Part shown: piece after piece, positions 19,321 to 29,800 of the stretch
Numbering within the stretch: the stretch's first letter is position 1
Layout: the number at the start of each line of letters is the position of its first letter
IMG/VR virus record: IMGVR_UViG_3300015241_000002
Location: 1 to 64,000 of that record
Origin: a virus
Reading direction: 5' to 3' (one strand)
Length of the DNA stretch: 64,000 nucleotides
Translations under genes and position numbers: made by a program
The notes under the pieces: model-generated
Databases searched by the model: none
Seen by the model: only the letters and a program-made list of their open reading frames with translations
Told to the model about the DNA's origin: nothing

Positions 19321-19677
19321 TTACGGAGTCGGAGTTACGGGCGGATCATCCACAGCAACGGCCGCATCCAACGAGTCACGTGCGGTACTAAGGTTATCTG
19401 AGGCACTGGTCAGCGTAGCCGTAACTGCATCAATATCTGCCTGAGACACGGAGCCTCCAGCTGCAACCTTTGCAGCAAGGTCATTAAGAGCAACGACGGC
19501 AGCAGCAACATCCGTAGCGGTACTATCTACCGTTGAAGAAATATTAGCCGCAGCCGCCTGGAGAGCGGAAATACTAGTCATGATCTGTTGTACTCCTTCA
19601 TGTAGTGAATTTAGCTGAATTCCTTGAGTTCCAGTTCGTTCCAGAATCTCCATCAATAGGAAGTTCTGAATGTTCAT
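19321..19677 (-). CDS. hypothetical Ala-rich coiled-coil protein
   Basis: 118-aa ORF between the major tail protein and the chaperone, with an ATGA overlap onto the upstream gene. Confidence 0.55.
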   Translation of the reverse strand: MNIQNFLLMEILERTGTQGIQLNSLHEGVQQIMTSISALQAAAANISSTVDSTATDVAAAVVALNDLAAKVAAGGSVSQADIDAVTATLTSASDNLSTARDSLDAAVAVDDPPVTPTP

Positions 19678-20945
19678 GACATATTCTCTGCCGTAATAAC
19701 AGTCAACTGATAATGCTTACCAGTACCATCGATTGCGCATTGATAAGTGATGCTAGCTCGAACCAAGTCGCCTTGACCACCAATGTTGACTTCATACGTA
19801 TCAACGATGGAAGTTGGAGACAGAAGTGCAATAGATTCAACCGGTGAAGTGTGAGTAGCAGTTAGAGTAATAGATTTAGAAGTCAATGCCTTAAATGCAT
19901 CATATTCAGTGCGGTTAAAGAAGTCACGAGTAATTGTAATACTAGCCTCGGACTCACCGAATGCAACAAACTGAGCACCAGTATTAGCGCTAATCAGGCG
20001 GAACTGTGCAGCTCCATTATCATTCGATTCAAAAGTGAATCCATCCGAATCAAAAATCTGAGTAGCAGTAGGAATCTGCAAGTTATACTGTCCGGCACCA
20101 AACGGAGTAGTAGTTGGCCAAGTCGCAGTGGGACCGGATTGCACAGTCTCATTTGTAGATACAATAGTTGGAGTAAACTGTAGAACGGCGTTATTAACCT
20201 CAAACTTGAAGCTGCCAACGGTACACCCAACGTAGCCGTAAACAACACCATTTCTAACAATCGTAATCGACAAAGTACGAGCTGGTACAGCCACAGCAGA
20301 TGGTGTATACACATAAGTATTCTGTGCAGCAACGACCTTAGTAAAAGTACACCTCGATGCAGACAGGAAATAAACAATACAGTCAGTCAACGCCTCAATA
20401 GAGATGTCACCTTCTGCATTAGAGAATCCTGGAGATGCACCGACAAGTCCAGGAGTATTACGGATTGGTCGACGCCAGTTAGTCTGCTGGACATACTTCA
20501 ATGATTCAGACAGATATGGAATGTACTTAGTCGGAGCTACATACACACCAGGATTCGCAGCAGTATTAATAAGTGGAAATGCTCCAGTTGGAGTGCCAGG
20601 AGTAGTGTCTGTATCTGTAGTAACAAGACCTACGGTTTTGTAAAGAAGTTCAGTGCCTGCACCACCACCGGCAGCTGTTTTATACAACTTAAACCCAGTA
20701 GCTCCAGCAACAGTTACCCAAACTAAAACGACTGACGATGTAGATCCTGTTGTAACTACACCACTTATTTCGTTACTAGTAACAGTTTCCCCAGCTCCAT
20801 TGATTGCAGTTATTATGTACCTATAGGTACCAGCAGTAATGGTCCCGCCAGAGGCAGATGGAGTTGCGGAAGTAAACACTGGAGGTGGCAAAACTTCTGC
20901 GGCCACACCCATAATACTAGCGGCGCCAAGTCCGGGTGTCGTCAT
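19674..20945 (-). CDS. major tail protein with N-terminal FN3-like module
   Basis: 423 aa, placed upstream of the chaperones and tape measure. The N-terminal GTYRYIITAINGAGETVTSNEISGVVTTGSTSSVVLVWVTVAGATGFKLYK is FN3/Ig-like, as in many siphovirus tail tube proteins. Confidence 0.65.
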   Translation of the reverse strand: MTTPGLGAASIMGVAAEVLPPPVFTSATPSASGGTITAGTYRYIITAINGAGETVTSNEISGVVTTGSTSSVVLVWVTVAGATGFKLYKTAAGGGAGTELLYKTVGLVTTDTDTTPGTPTGAFPLINTAANPGVYVAPTKYIPYLSESLKYVQQTNWRRPIRNTPGLVGASPGFSNAEGDISIEALTDCIVYFLSASRCTFTKVVAAQNTYVYTPSAVAVPARTLSITIVRNGVVYGYVGCTVGSFKFEVNNAVLQFTPTIVSTNETVQSGPTATWPTTTPFGAGQYNLQIPTATQIFDSDGFTFESNDNGAAQFRLISANTGAQFVAFGESEASITITRDFFNRTEYDAFKALTSKSITLTATHTSPVESIALLSPTSIVDTYEVNIGGQGDLVRASITYQCAIDGTGKHYQLTVITAENMS

Positions 20946-21322
20946 GTCTGGTCATCCCCCTTCAAACTATCGCCAACAAGCTTTTCTTTATTATCTGTGG
21001 GGGAAAAGCCGCCCACCACTATCGGATCTAGAACAACTTCTTCCACCGGACTCGAAGGCGAATCGTACTCTTCTATAGTAACGCCTGGAGTCAAATCAAA
21101 AGCACTTAGAAGATTAAACTCTGGAGCATCTTCACCCCATGTAGCCTCTAAAGTAGCCGGATCCTGCATTAGATTATTAGGTGCATGATGGGCTATGAAA
21201 GCGTCCTCATTAAAGTCTTCTGGCAAGTCTGTGGATTCTCCATTCTTGAAGAGTCCAACACCATCCACCTCCACTAATGCACCCTGAGGTAAGTTGGGTA
21301 GGTCAACGGTAATTTTGTACAT
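20942..21322 (-). CDS. hypothetical virion-module protein
   Basis: 126-aa acidic ORF with an ATGA overlap onto the downstream gene. Confidence 0.5.
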   Translation of the reverse strand: MYKITVDLPNLPQGALVEVDGVGLFKNGESTDLPEDFNEDAFIAHHAPNNLMQDPATLEATWGEDAPEFNLLSAFDLTPGVTIEEYDSPSSPVEEVVLDPIVVGGFSPTDNKEKLVGDSLKGDDQT

Positions 21323-21344
21323 TAAATCCCTCCTAACCTAAGGG

Positions 21345-21800
21345 CTAACTTGGCAACAAAAACTGTGACTGTGCAGTATAACTAATTTTATTTGCACGGA
21401 CTAGTGAGCCGCTCTTTGTGGTATACCCTGACTGTACCTCTGGGCAATAACCATGAATGACCCGTCCACCCAATTGCCTATCAGAATGGACTACTGCTTC
21501 AACAGCCTCAGCTAGTAAGTCCGCCCCTCTTCTGTTTTCCTGTGGGGATGTTATAAAGCTATGGTATACTAGAATAGTTAAATCAAAAACTATATCTAAC
21601 ATTCTAGCACCGGCAGCTTGACGTAGCAAATTTCTTTTAGTGCCAGGTTCTATACAAACTACGGGGGTAGTTGGTATTTTATCTTGATCCCCAAAGAATA
21701 CGTCTGCTAAACCTAAAGTCGCTTTATTGTCCAACATTTTGTCAAATAAAAAATCACAAACTTCTACTAGGCTTCCAGTTAATGTACCAACTTGCGTCAT
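21345..21800 (-). CDS. head-tail joining / tail terminator-position protein
   Basis: 151-aa ORF. The call rests only on its position between the connector genes and the tail tube gene. Confidence 0.4.
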   Translation of the reverse strand: MTQVGTLTGSLVEVCDFLFDKMLDNKATLGLADVFFGDQDKIPTTPVVCIEPGTKRNLLRQAAGARMLDIVFDLTILVYHSFITSPQENRRGADLLAEAVEAVVHSDRQLGGRVIHGYCPEVQSGYTTKSGSLVRANKISYTAQSQFLLPS

Positions 21801-21809
21801 TTATTTCGA

Positions 21810-22487
21810 CTACCACCTAGTATAAGCTGCAACGCGTTCATTAAGCCATACTATAAATATATCTCTAATTCTATCCTCATCCTCCGGCTGTATAACAAGG
21901 AACGGACGAGCTGGGACATCAGGAGCAGTTTTTCCTTGCTTGATATTACCAAGCTCCCTAAGTCCAGCTCCTAATTGTCCTGCAGTAACTCCACGTTTTA
22001 CAGTAGTAGTTCCCACAGGGTAACCAGATTGCTGAACCTTACCATACCAAACGGACTGTTGAAGATCCTGAACTTCTGCTTTTTCCCTATCAATAGTCCA
22101 AAGATTAAGCTGTGTAGCTTTACGCTTTAAGGCTCCAGTTGAATCTAGTATATTATTTCCAGACCCACCACGTTCACCGAATCTGACTAAACCTCTTTCT
22201 CTCATTTCTAAAGAGAAGTCCGAAAGAGGTTCCCAATCACCACCGGCTCCAGGTGCATTACGAGCTGATTCAGAATCAAAATTCTGTCTAATACTAGGGA
22301 TCATTACTTGCTGAACTGCTCTAGTCAATGGAACTCTAAATGACCTAATATCCATGTCCAGTTTAGCAAGACGACTAGCAACAAAACCTATTGATGGGGA
22401 GAAAGTAACGCTGGCCCCAACTGGTAGAGCACGACCAAACCTTATAGCTCCAGGTGCGTTAACAGCACCACTAGGTGTGGTCACCAA
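21810..22487 (-). CDS. virion morphogenesis protein (Mu gpG-like, tentative)
   Basis: 225 aa. The segment IPSIRQNFDSE...GGDWEPLSDFSLEMRE...NILDSTGALKRK resembles the phage virion morphogenesis family pattern (F...G....W.PLS..T...R....IL..TG.L). Confidence 0.45.
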   Translation of the reverse strand: MVTTPSGAVNAPGAIRFGRALPVGASVTFSPSIGFVASRLAKLDMDIRSFRVPLTRAVQQVMIPSIRQNFDSESARNAPGAGGDWEPLSDFSLEMRERGLVRFGERGGSGNNILDSTGALKRKATQLNLWTIDREKAEVQDLQQSVWYGKVQQSGYPVGTTTVKRGVTAGQLGAGLRELGNIKQGKTAPDVPARPFLVIQPEDEDRIRDIFIVWLNERVAAYTRW

Positions 22488-22939
22488 ATCCTACCCATAC
22501 TAAATTTTGCTGGCCCAAGACTAGGATCGTCATCAGTAGGCTGCAATGCGGATGATGCATCCGTAGGGTAGAATACTGGCTGACTAAATCCGAGATCAGT
22601 ACCAGGTGGTACATCAGGTAAAGTTATGGCCCCACTAATTATTCCAGCTATTAAATTACCAGCTTCATTAATTAGTAAGAGGCCATAACTATTTACATTA
22701 CCATCTTCGGAATATGTACGCTGATAATACCAACCTACATATAGCATTGAAATTATTTTTCTAATTAATGCTGGAGTAGTACCTGGTGTAATCCAACTTG
22801 TAACATCGTAAACCTGCGAAACTTTTGTAAGCACTTGGGTAGCTTGCGATGCTTCAAGATCACTGTCGAGCTCCCCAAAGTTAAGCTTGGAATGGTCCGC
22901 CCAAGCATTCGCCTCGTCGACAGTGATATGAACAACCAT
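22481..22939 (-). CDS. head-tail connector-position protein
   Basis: 152-aa ORF downstream of the capsid genes. The call rests on position. Confidence 0.4.
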   Translation of the reverse strand: MVVHITVDEANAWADHSKLNFGELDSDLEASQATQVLTKVSQVYDVTSWITPGTTPALIRKIISMLYVGWYYQRTYSEDGNVNSYGLLLINEAGNLIAGIISGAITLPDVPPGTDLGFSQPVFYPTDASSALQPTDDDPSLGPAKFSMGRIW

Positions 22940-22949
22940 GGATTACACC

Positions 22950-23249
22950 TTAAGGAGTTGCTTTGGCAGGTGCGGCCTTAGCGGGCGTGCTAGTGCTAGG
23001 GGCAGCAGGCTTCTTAGCCTCTTCCAACAGAGCCTCTAGCTCAGCAACACGAGCCTCTAACGCGTCCTTCTCTTCCATAACATTAGCAGCAATAGGAGCA
23101 GGTTCACCAACACTTCCATTAGCTAACCACTGAGCTACTACATCTTCTGGAGCACCCTTAATTTCGTCATCCGGCTCGAACCAGATGACGCTATCAGGAT
23201 CCTTATCATCCTTCTGGTATCCAACTGTGGATAAAGCGACGATAGCCAT
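22950..23249 (-). CDS. hypothetical protein (Ala/Pro-rich C-terminus)
   Basis: 99-aa ORF whose start abuts the capsid gene stop. Confidence 0.5.
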   Translation of the reverse strand: MAIVALSTVGYQKDDKDPDSVIWFEPDDEIKGAPEDVVAQWLANGSVGEPAPIAANVMEEKDALEARVAELEALLEEAKKPAAPSTSTPAKAAPAKATP

Positions 23250-24283
23250 TATGCAATGGCCCCCTTAATCAAATACCCGGTGACACACTTTTGGAAGTCA
23301 CCAGAGGCAGGGTTGATTTCATATCCAACGATCTTAAGATCGTAGCGACGACGCACGCGAATAAGATCAGACGCACGCTTATCCTCACGCCAGCGATCGG
23401 TAATCATTGGAGTACCCCCATAGCTCCAAACAAATTCATAACCGAACGCAGGGATCTTAATACCTGGACGTGGGGGAACCCAAGCGAGCAAAACATCTTT
23501 GCCCCAAAGATAGGAACCCACAACAGCGTTACCAGCAGTACCCATACCACCGGTACCAACGGCAACACCAGGAACAATGATGTTTGGAATACCCAGAACA
23601 GCACCGATAATCTCCGGAGTGAGAATAGCACGCTCCGAATACTTAATGCGCTCGATGATATCGGGGTGATCCTCCAACTGCGACATAACCTGGTAAGGGA
23701 TGACGGCAGTATTAGGCTCCATGAACACCTTGGCATGGACGGCACGAGTACCAGTACGAACCATGCCGATCGGGTCTGACGTAGCATAAGTATTCCACTG
23801 CGAAGCAGAAACAGCAGAAATATCAATGCTCAGACCAGATGCAAAGTTAGCAATTGTAGTAGCTAACGTCTGCATGGCAACTTCACGACTAAGAAGAATC
23901 TTAGAAGTAAGGAGTTCAGTACCATCCCGGTCAGGAGAAAGAGGTGAATCAACGTTCTCACGCTCTTCATCAGTAACAGGAATCTGTAGCGCGTGCTCCT
24001 GAGCATAGTACGAGTCCAGAGAAAGCTTCAAACCTGGAATTTCATTAGCCTCAGTACCGGGAGCGCGGTAGTCGCCAACTTCTGGCAACCAAGCTTCACG
24101 GCCGAACACGTAATACTTATCAGACTGCTTCCTAACACCCACTGCTGGGAAAAGCTGTTCACCAACAAGAGAGTTATTCGGCCAGCCCAACGAAATTTCT
24201 GTAAGAACGGCATCAATGTGGACGTTGCCGGTTCCCGTAGGCTGATAAACTGCGAGAGTCTTTCCTCTATCGAACCTTGCCAT
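23249..24283 (-). CDS. major capsid protein (Mu gpT / protein E-like, HK97 fold)
   Basis: 344 aa, placed after the protease/scaffold and decoration genes. The N-terminal LFP.VGV.K.SDKYYVF..E.W and the overall length match the major capsid protein E family as I remember it. Confidence 0.75.
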   Translation of the reverse strand: MARFDRGKTLAVYQPTGTGNVHIDAVLTEISLGWPNNSLVGEQLFPAVGVRKQSDKYYVFGREAWLPEVGDYRAPGTEANEIPGLKLSLDSYYAQEHALQIPVTDEERENVDSPLSPDRDGTELLTSKILLSREVAMQTLATTIANFASGLSIDISAVSASQWNTYATSDPIGMVRTGTRAVHAKVFMEPNTAVIPYQVMSQLEDHPDIIERIKYSERAILTPEIIGAVLGIPNIIVPGVAVGTGGMGTAGNAVVGSYLWGKDVLLAWVPPRPGIKIPAFGYEFVWSYGGTPMITDRWREDKRASDLIRVRRRYDLKIVGYEINPASGDFQKCVTGYLIKGAIA

Positions 24284-24300
24284 TTTGATTACACCTCCTT

Positions 24301-24717
24301 TTAGAAGACAGTACCTGGAGTAAGCATGACATCAATGAATCCACCACTGGAACCGACACCGGTCATAGCAAAACCAAGAACGTTTTCAGTGGAAACTGCC
24401 GCACGGGCTAAACCATTAGCAGCACTAGCAATCTTAACTCCGGCCGTAATAGCGACAGCAGTAGTTTGAACACGAACTAGACCAAGAAGAGCACAGTTAA
24501 TTTGTGCCTTACCGGTAGCAAGACGAACTGTGTCAAGATCTTCCATGCAGACTACTAACAATCCCGTTGCGGCGTTGCCGGCAATGGCAACGGTGTTCAA
24601 GTTAAGTACTTGTCCTCCTGAACCAACAGCAGGCTTAAGAATAAGCCCTGCGGTGTATGCAGTAGCACCTGTGGCAAGGAATCCCTTGTCAAGCACATAG
24701 TTCTGGCCGACACCCAT
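24301..24717 (-). CDS. head decoration protein (DUF2190-like)
   Basis: 138 aa, Gly/Ala-rich and predicted beta-rich. It lies between the scaffold/protease and capsid genes, which is the typical DUF2190 context. Confidence 0.5.
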   Translation of the reverse strand: MGVGQNYVLDKGFLATGATAYTAGLILKPAVGSGGQVLNLNTVAIAGNAATGLLVVCMEDLDTVRLATGKAQINCALLGLVRVQTTAVAITAGVKIASAANGLARAAVSTENVLGFAMTGVGSSGGFIDVMLTPGTVF

Positions 24718-25964
24718 TAGTTGTCACCTCCAAAGGAATACGCATCTTCCTGGTATCTGTGGTAAAGATCCGGATTCCTCGCAGCAATGATGTCAGCAGC
24801 ATCCGCAAAACCAAGAGTCTTGTCACTCTCCTGTAGCTTCTTGACTTCCTCAGTGAATTCATCACTTGAAGTCTTACCATCATCATTAACCTTATTACGG
24901 AGGTACCCACGCTCTCCAAGGGCCACAATCTGAGAATCAACCATTTGGTTGAATCCATCAAGAATGACCTTGGAAGTAGCAGCATCATTAAGCTGCATAA
25001 GAGTAGCCGTAAGCGAATCTCTCATAGGAACAGGAATTGCGTAACCCTTAGCACTTGCACGATCACAAAGTTCCTTGACCGTCTTGGTTACGTTCTCTTC
25101 CCGCAGCTTATTGCTAAACTCGGTGAGCTTCGCACCCTGGTTCTCAACTAGCTGAGCCTGAGCTTGATAAAGCTGCAACAGAGTCGCAACTACAGGGTTG
25201 TTATCTCCAAGCTTCTTAGCCTCTTCCATAGCGGCAAGAACTGCCGGGTCGGTAATAGGCGCAGGCACTGGTGGAACAACTACGGGTGGCGTTACAGTAG
25301 GAGCCGGTGGAACTGCCGGAATAGGCACAGGCGGCGCAAAAGTAAACTTCTCTAGCGCCTCCAAAACCTGAGCCTCAGTTGCACTCTCACCAAGCCCAAG
25401 CTTAATACCGAGTGACTTAACCTGTTCAGGCGTCATGTTGCTACCTCCTTCATTGGGATTAGTGGGTGCATCTGGAACATTTGCAAAAACCTCCGACAGA
25501 TTGATTGGCATTAAATCTTTTAAGAAAGGACGATTGGTAAGAGAGCCGCCAAATATAACGTTCTGATAAGTTACACCAGACTTTGCGTCAGTCCACTCAT
25601 CATCAAATTCAGCAGAGAAATAACGATAGGCCTTGTCCTTAATTGACTGAAATGCTTTCTTCGTAAAGTCAACTAAGAGCCAAAGCCCATCTGTACCACG
25701 GTCTGCTGCATCTTTAACCCAACCGGCAGCATCACCACCATAAAGTTTATGATCGTAGTCAATATCAAGCTGTTGTACACGAACATTATTCTTGATATTG
25801 TCAACGTACTGCTTTACCTTATCTGGGTTAATATCAATGATTCCATACTGAGGATGCTCATACGTGCCCAAAGGCATTGCCTGCAGCCATATAGAAGTGT
25901 CTTCTTCTACGACGTCATCTAATTTTATAGCATACAAATCTAATAAGTAGGAAGCCTTAGCCAT
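24717..25964 (-). CDS. capsid maturation protease / scaffold fusion (Mu gpI-like)
   Basis: 415 aa. The N-terminal MPLGTYEHPQYG.IDI....V......N......LDIDYDH......AAGW...........GLWLLVDFT..A...I....YRYFSAEF matches the Mu-like prophage protein I pattern. A Pro-rich linker and a helical C-terminus follow. Confidence 0.7.
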   Translation of the reverse strand: MAKASYLLDLYAIKLDDVVEEDTSIWLQAMPLGTYEHPQYGIIDINPDKVKQYVDNIKNNVRVQQLDIDYDHKLYGGDAAGWVKDAADRGTDGLWLLVDFTKKAFQSIKDKAYRYFSAEFDDEWTDAKSGVTYQNVIFGGSLTNRPFLKDLMPINLSEVFANVPDAPTNPNEGGSNMTPEQVKSLGIKLGLGESATEAQVLEALEKFTFAPPVPIPAVPPAPTVTPPVVVPPVPAPITDPAVLAAMEEAKKLGDNNPVVATLLQLYQAQAQLVENQGAKLTEFSNKLREENVTKTVKELCDRASAKGYAIPVPMRDSLTATLMQLNDAATSKVILDGFNQMVDSQIVALGERGYLRNKVNDDGKTSSDEFTEEVKKLQESDKTLGFADAADIIAARNPDLYHRYQEDAYSFGGDN

Positions 25965-26385
25965 CGTACGACCTCTTCTTATTGTGAATTATATCACTGA
26001 TATGTGGCTGCGTAACACCAAAATCTCTAGCCAAATCTCTTTGGAAGAAACGGCCGGTAGCCCACAATTCTCTAATCTTCTTAACTTGATCACTGGATAA
26101 CACCGAACGTCCATGACTTTCCCCGTACGACTGTCTACCCTTAGAAACCTTATCCCTCATATTATCTGCTTGTGTTCCAAGAAATAAATGAGCTATTTCA
26201 AAACATGGGGGATTATCACAACGATGAAGTACATACATACCATCAGGTATAGATCCTATCTTTCTAGTCCATTCTAATCGCGTAACTCTCCACAATTTCC
26301 CATCGTATTGGGACAATCCATAACCATCTTTATCAAAATAACCATCCCACTCTACACATGGTATGTCTTGCCAAAGTAACTCCAT
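25957..26385 (-). CDS. HNH homing endonuclease (HNH_3-type with C-terminal HTH)
   Basis: Internal ATG at 26385 preceded by GGAGG. The product contains YVLHRCDNPPCFEIAHLFLGTQADNMRD and then a helix-turn-helix-like LARDFGVTQPHISDIIHNKKR. The gene is inserted inside the head-gene module. Confidence 0.8.
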   Translation of the reverse strand: MELLWQDIPCVEWDGYFDKDGYGLSQYDGKLWRVTRLEWTRKIGSIPDGMYVLHRCDNPPCFEIAHLFLGTQADNMRDKVSKGRQSYGESHGRSVLSSDQVKKIRELWATGRFFQRDLARDFGVTQPHISDIIHNKKRSYDG

Positions 26386-26543
26386 CGTACCTCCAATCCC
26401 ACATCTTATCTTAATAGTACAGGAAAAAGGCACACATAGGTCTGCGCACCTTATAGAATGTTACAATGTGATCAAGATCAACTTCCGGGCCCTCTTTTGT
26501 CATCGAAAAGCCCCACAGGGAAAGGGCAAAGCGACGCAAAAAT

Positions 26544-26882
26544 TCAGACTAACTTAAGAATGCCTACAACTCGAACAGGTACATCAGTTCCAGAGATCCT
26601 AAGCCAGACAGTATATGTGCCAGCAGCGTGGGCCGGCGGTTTAACTTGGGCGCGGTAGATTACAACTCCAACATTAGCATCTACATCCCAAACTCCAGCA
26701 ACCCAATCCCCAGAAATTGGCTCCACTCCCGGGAATACAGCTGTAGGATCGTAGAGAATGAACGCCATCTCTACAGACATGCTGATAGGAACAAAGACAG
26801 ATCCATTAACCTCCGCGAAGACCGGAACGCGCAATGGCTCAGAAGATAATCTTGGCCTTTCTACAGTTTTAAGTGACATCAT
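26544..26882 (-). CDS. hypothetical protein (beta-rich)
   Basis: 112-aa ORF abutting the stop of the 1180-aa gene. Confidence 0.5.
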   Translation of the reverse strand: MMSLKTVERPRLSSEPLRVPVFAEVNGSVFVPISMSVEMAFILYDPTAVFPGVEPISGDWVAGVWDVDANVGVVIYRAQVKPPAHAAGTYTVWLRISGTDVPVRVVGILKLV

Positions 26883-29800
26883 CTACCTATTTTCTATAGC
26901 CGCTATGTTCCAAACCGGAATGGTAGATCCAATATCCCATTTTGTTTCTATCTGACCCATTACCCATACAGGTTCTAAATTACCAGTAATGTAAGACGGG
27001 AATTGTACGTTGACAATTATAGAGACGTTGCCAACTTGTTGCTGAGATGCAATCCCAAACGCTGTGATGGTTTGTGTAAGTAGGACTCTAGCAATTCCGA
27101 CTAATTCGCCAGATTTAATACCAAATGGAGATATCGTAACGCTACCTGTTGTAACTGTTACGTTACCAACTCGTTCCCCAGATACAATCCCTACTGGAGT
27201 AACTACACTAGCACCTACAGATATACTTGGGTTACCAAAACCTTCTCCACTACTTATCCCAAAGGCTGTGATAGTAACACTGCCGGCAGTTATAGAAGGA
27301 TTGCCTACACTATCACTACTGCTTATACCTGCAGGATTAATACTTGGAGCAGTTACTGAGATACTTATATTACCAACTACCTCAGAACTTCTCACACCGA
27401 ATGGGGCCAACGTCTGAGCCACGCTCAGAGCCCCTACAGCCTCGCCTGACGCTATACCTATAGGGCTGACCGTGACCGATCCTGGCGTGGCCGTGGCGTT
27501 GCCGACAGACTGCCCAGAGTCAATTCCAAATGCATTAATAGACTGTGCTAATTGAACTAGAACATTACCTATAGAACTAGTATCAACAATACCAGAAGCG
27601 TTTATGGTTACGGATCCTGGCTGGACAGAACTATTTCCAATGGTTTCTGAAGATTTAATTCCAAATGGAGATATAGTAGCGATGGAACTGATTGTTGCAT
27701 TTCCAATAATTTCGGAGGATTTAATTCCACTAGCAGAAATTGTAACTGCGCCCGGGGAGACTGTAACGTTGCCTACAGTCTCTCCATCAACAATACCAAA
27801 TGGACTTATTGTAACAGCACCAGTAGTTACACTAATATTGCCTATTTTTTCAGAAGAGAGTAATCCATAAGGATTGATATTACTAGAAGCAAGATTAGTG
27901 TGATTGATAGCTATAGGGCCGCCAGAATCTAAGATTCCAGCATTTTGTGAAACAAATTCCCATCGATAAGAATCAGGCCTAAGATACAGACGAAGGTACC
28001 CAAACCATTGAGAATTTAGTTGATCATAAGCACCCGTTTGTAGAGAGTTAGGCGATCCAGATTCATTTCTAGTGGGCACTCCAGTATGAAGTCCAGAACC
28101 TCCTGTACCGACTACAAACGATTTGATTCCATTACTATCTATGGAAGGGTTAGTAGTTGAAGACGTTCCACGTTCAAACTTGGGGAATCTTTGATATGAG
28201 TGACAATGACCCTCGAATACTATACTACACCCAGCATCATAAAGTAAGTCCCAGAATGTCTGGACGGTTATATCATCCCCAGTAGATCCAGTATTTCCAT
28301 CAGAATATCTAGGGTGATGCCAGAAAGCAATAATAGGCTTACCAGTGTTAGCCGCTAAATCAGATTGCAACCAGGCATATTGTGCAGATGAAGAATCGTG
28401 AGCTGTTTGAGAGTCAGAATCCAATGCAATAATATGCCAACCTGTAGTTGGCGAGTCAAAGCTATAATAGTGTTGTGGTGAGTGAGCTTGTGTACCCCAA
28501 TAGGTATCATACTGAGTAAGATCACCAGGAACCCAATCATGGTTACCAGGAGTTGGCTCCAACCTCGCTTTAATAGCTCCATACATTGTATCAAAGAAAC
28601 CATATTGCGCAGTAGTTCCATCATTAGCAAGGTCACCTGGTAGTAAAACCATAATTGGATTGTCTGCTACAACCTTCGCAGCAACTACAGACGGCGGGGG
28701 GTTAACGCCGGCACCAGGTTGCATATCTGCAACGACTATTAGGAAATCTTCTCGTTCAACTCCAAGCTTAGACTGGAGGAATCTAGCATTTGATGGCCCC
28801 TTACCTGGGTGTAACTGGGATGCAATAAGTCCTGGACCAGATATTACTAAAGGACCAGAAGCTGGACCAATAAATCCCTGTATACCAGTTCTTATAGCAA
28901 TTTGGTTGATGTACTGATCACACCAGTTACCAGTAGATGAAACCTTACCAAGGATCATTACGCCTGAGATAGCGTTAACAGTCGCGGTGAGTGTGTCAAA
29001 TGTATCTACTGGACTTGCAGTGTCATCCCCAATATACAAAGCATAGTGGAATTCAGATCCAGCCGCATTCCACCAAGCTTCCAACCTATACTGAGTATTA
29101 GCCAATAACGTATATGTCGAAGTATAAACTACTGTACTGTTAAGAGAAACAAAAGGATGTGCAGATGTGTTAACTCCAACATAGTTAGCACCATTGCCAC
29201 CCAACTGAACCCACTGCACTGAAGATGTTGGAGCAAGTGTACCAACGAAATATGCGTACGCACGTACGGCAACAACTGCGATGGCGGAAGTACTTAACTG
29301 TAATCTGCACTGAGTACCGGTCTGTGCAGGCAAGAAATAATCTTGAGTACTATCCCACGGATGGGTATTGTCAAAGGTTGGAGAATCTACTATGGCACTA
29401 AATGCAGTATTAGTTCCTCCACCTGAATTACCAGTTGTAACTACTGTTCCATTAGATTGTCCAGCCTGTGCCGCATCGTTAGTAACTGTAATTACTGGAC
29501 CTATTACTGCAGTCCCAATTCTTTCACTACTAGCAATCCCAACAGGACTTATAGTAACAGAACCTTGAGCTACTGTGAGATTCCCTACACTGTCACTAGC
29601 CGCAATTCCAAATGGGCTAATCGTTTGATCCGCAATAGGAGCAATCTGAGCCCCAAGTGGTGTTGCAATGAAGTTAAATTTATTATGTGGTCCGAGAAGT
29701 CCTGGGAAGACTAAGCTAGAAACCATACCAACCACAGAAACAAGTGGACCAGGCTGTGCAGTATCACTAAAAGCCACATCATCATACCATGTTGACCAGT

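Noticed and set aside
23291-23826. ORFs 23291-23779 (+) and 23404-23826 (-, alternative frame) within the capsid gene.
   Set aside because: They are fully embedded in the major capsid protein gene, and no independent start signals are present.
26363-26658. + strand ORFs 26363-26557 and 26458-26658 spanning the HNH-upstream spacer that contains the CCCCACAGGG motif.
   Set aside because: They run against the operon direction and cross a gene boundary. They have no ribosome-binding site. The spacer is better explained as non-coding.
27020-27885. A CRISPR-like or other non-coding repeat array, suggested by the regular 66-69-nt periodicity.
   Set aside because: The periodicity lies entirely within one long open reading frame and is conserved at the amino-acid level (VTISPFGI.SSE.IGN). 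There are no identical DNA repeats with unique spacers. It is a coding tandem repeat.
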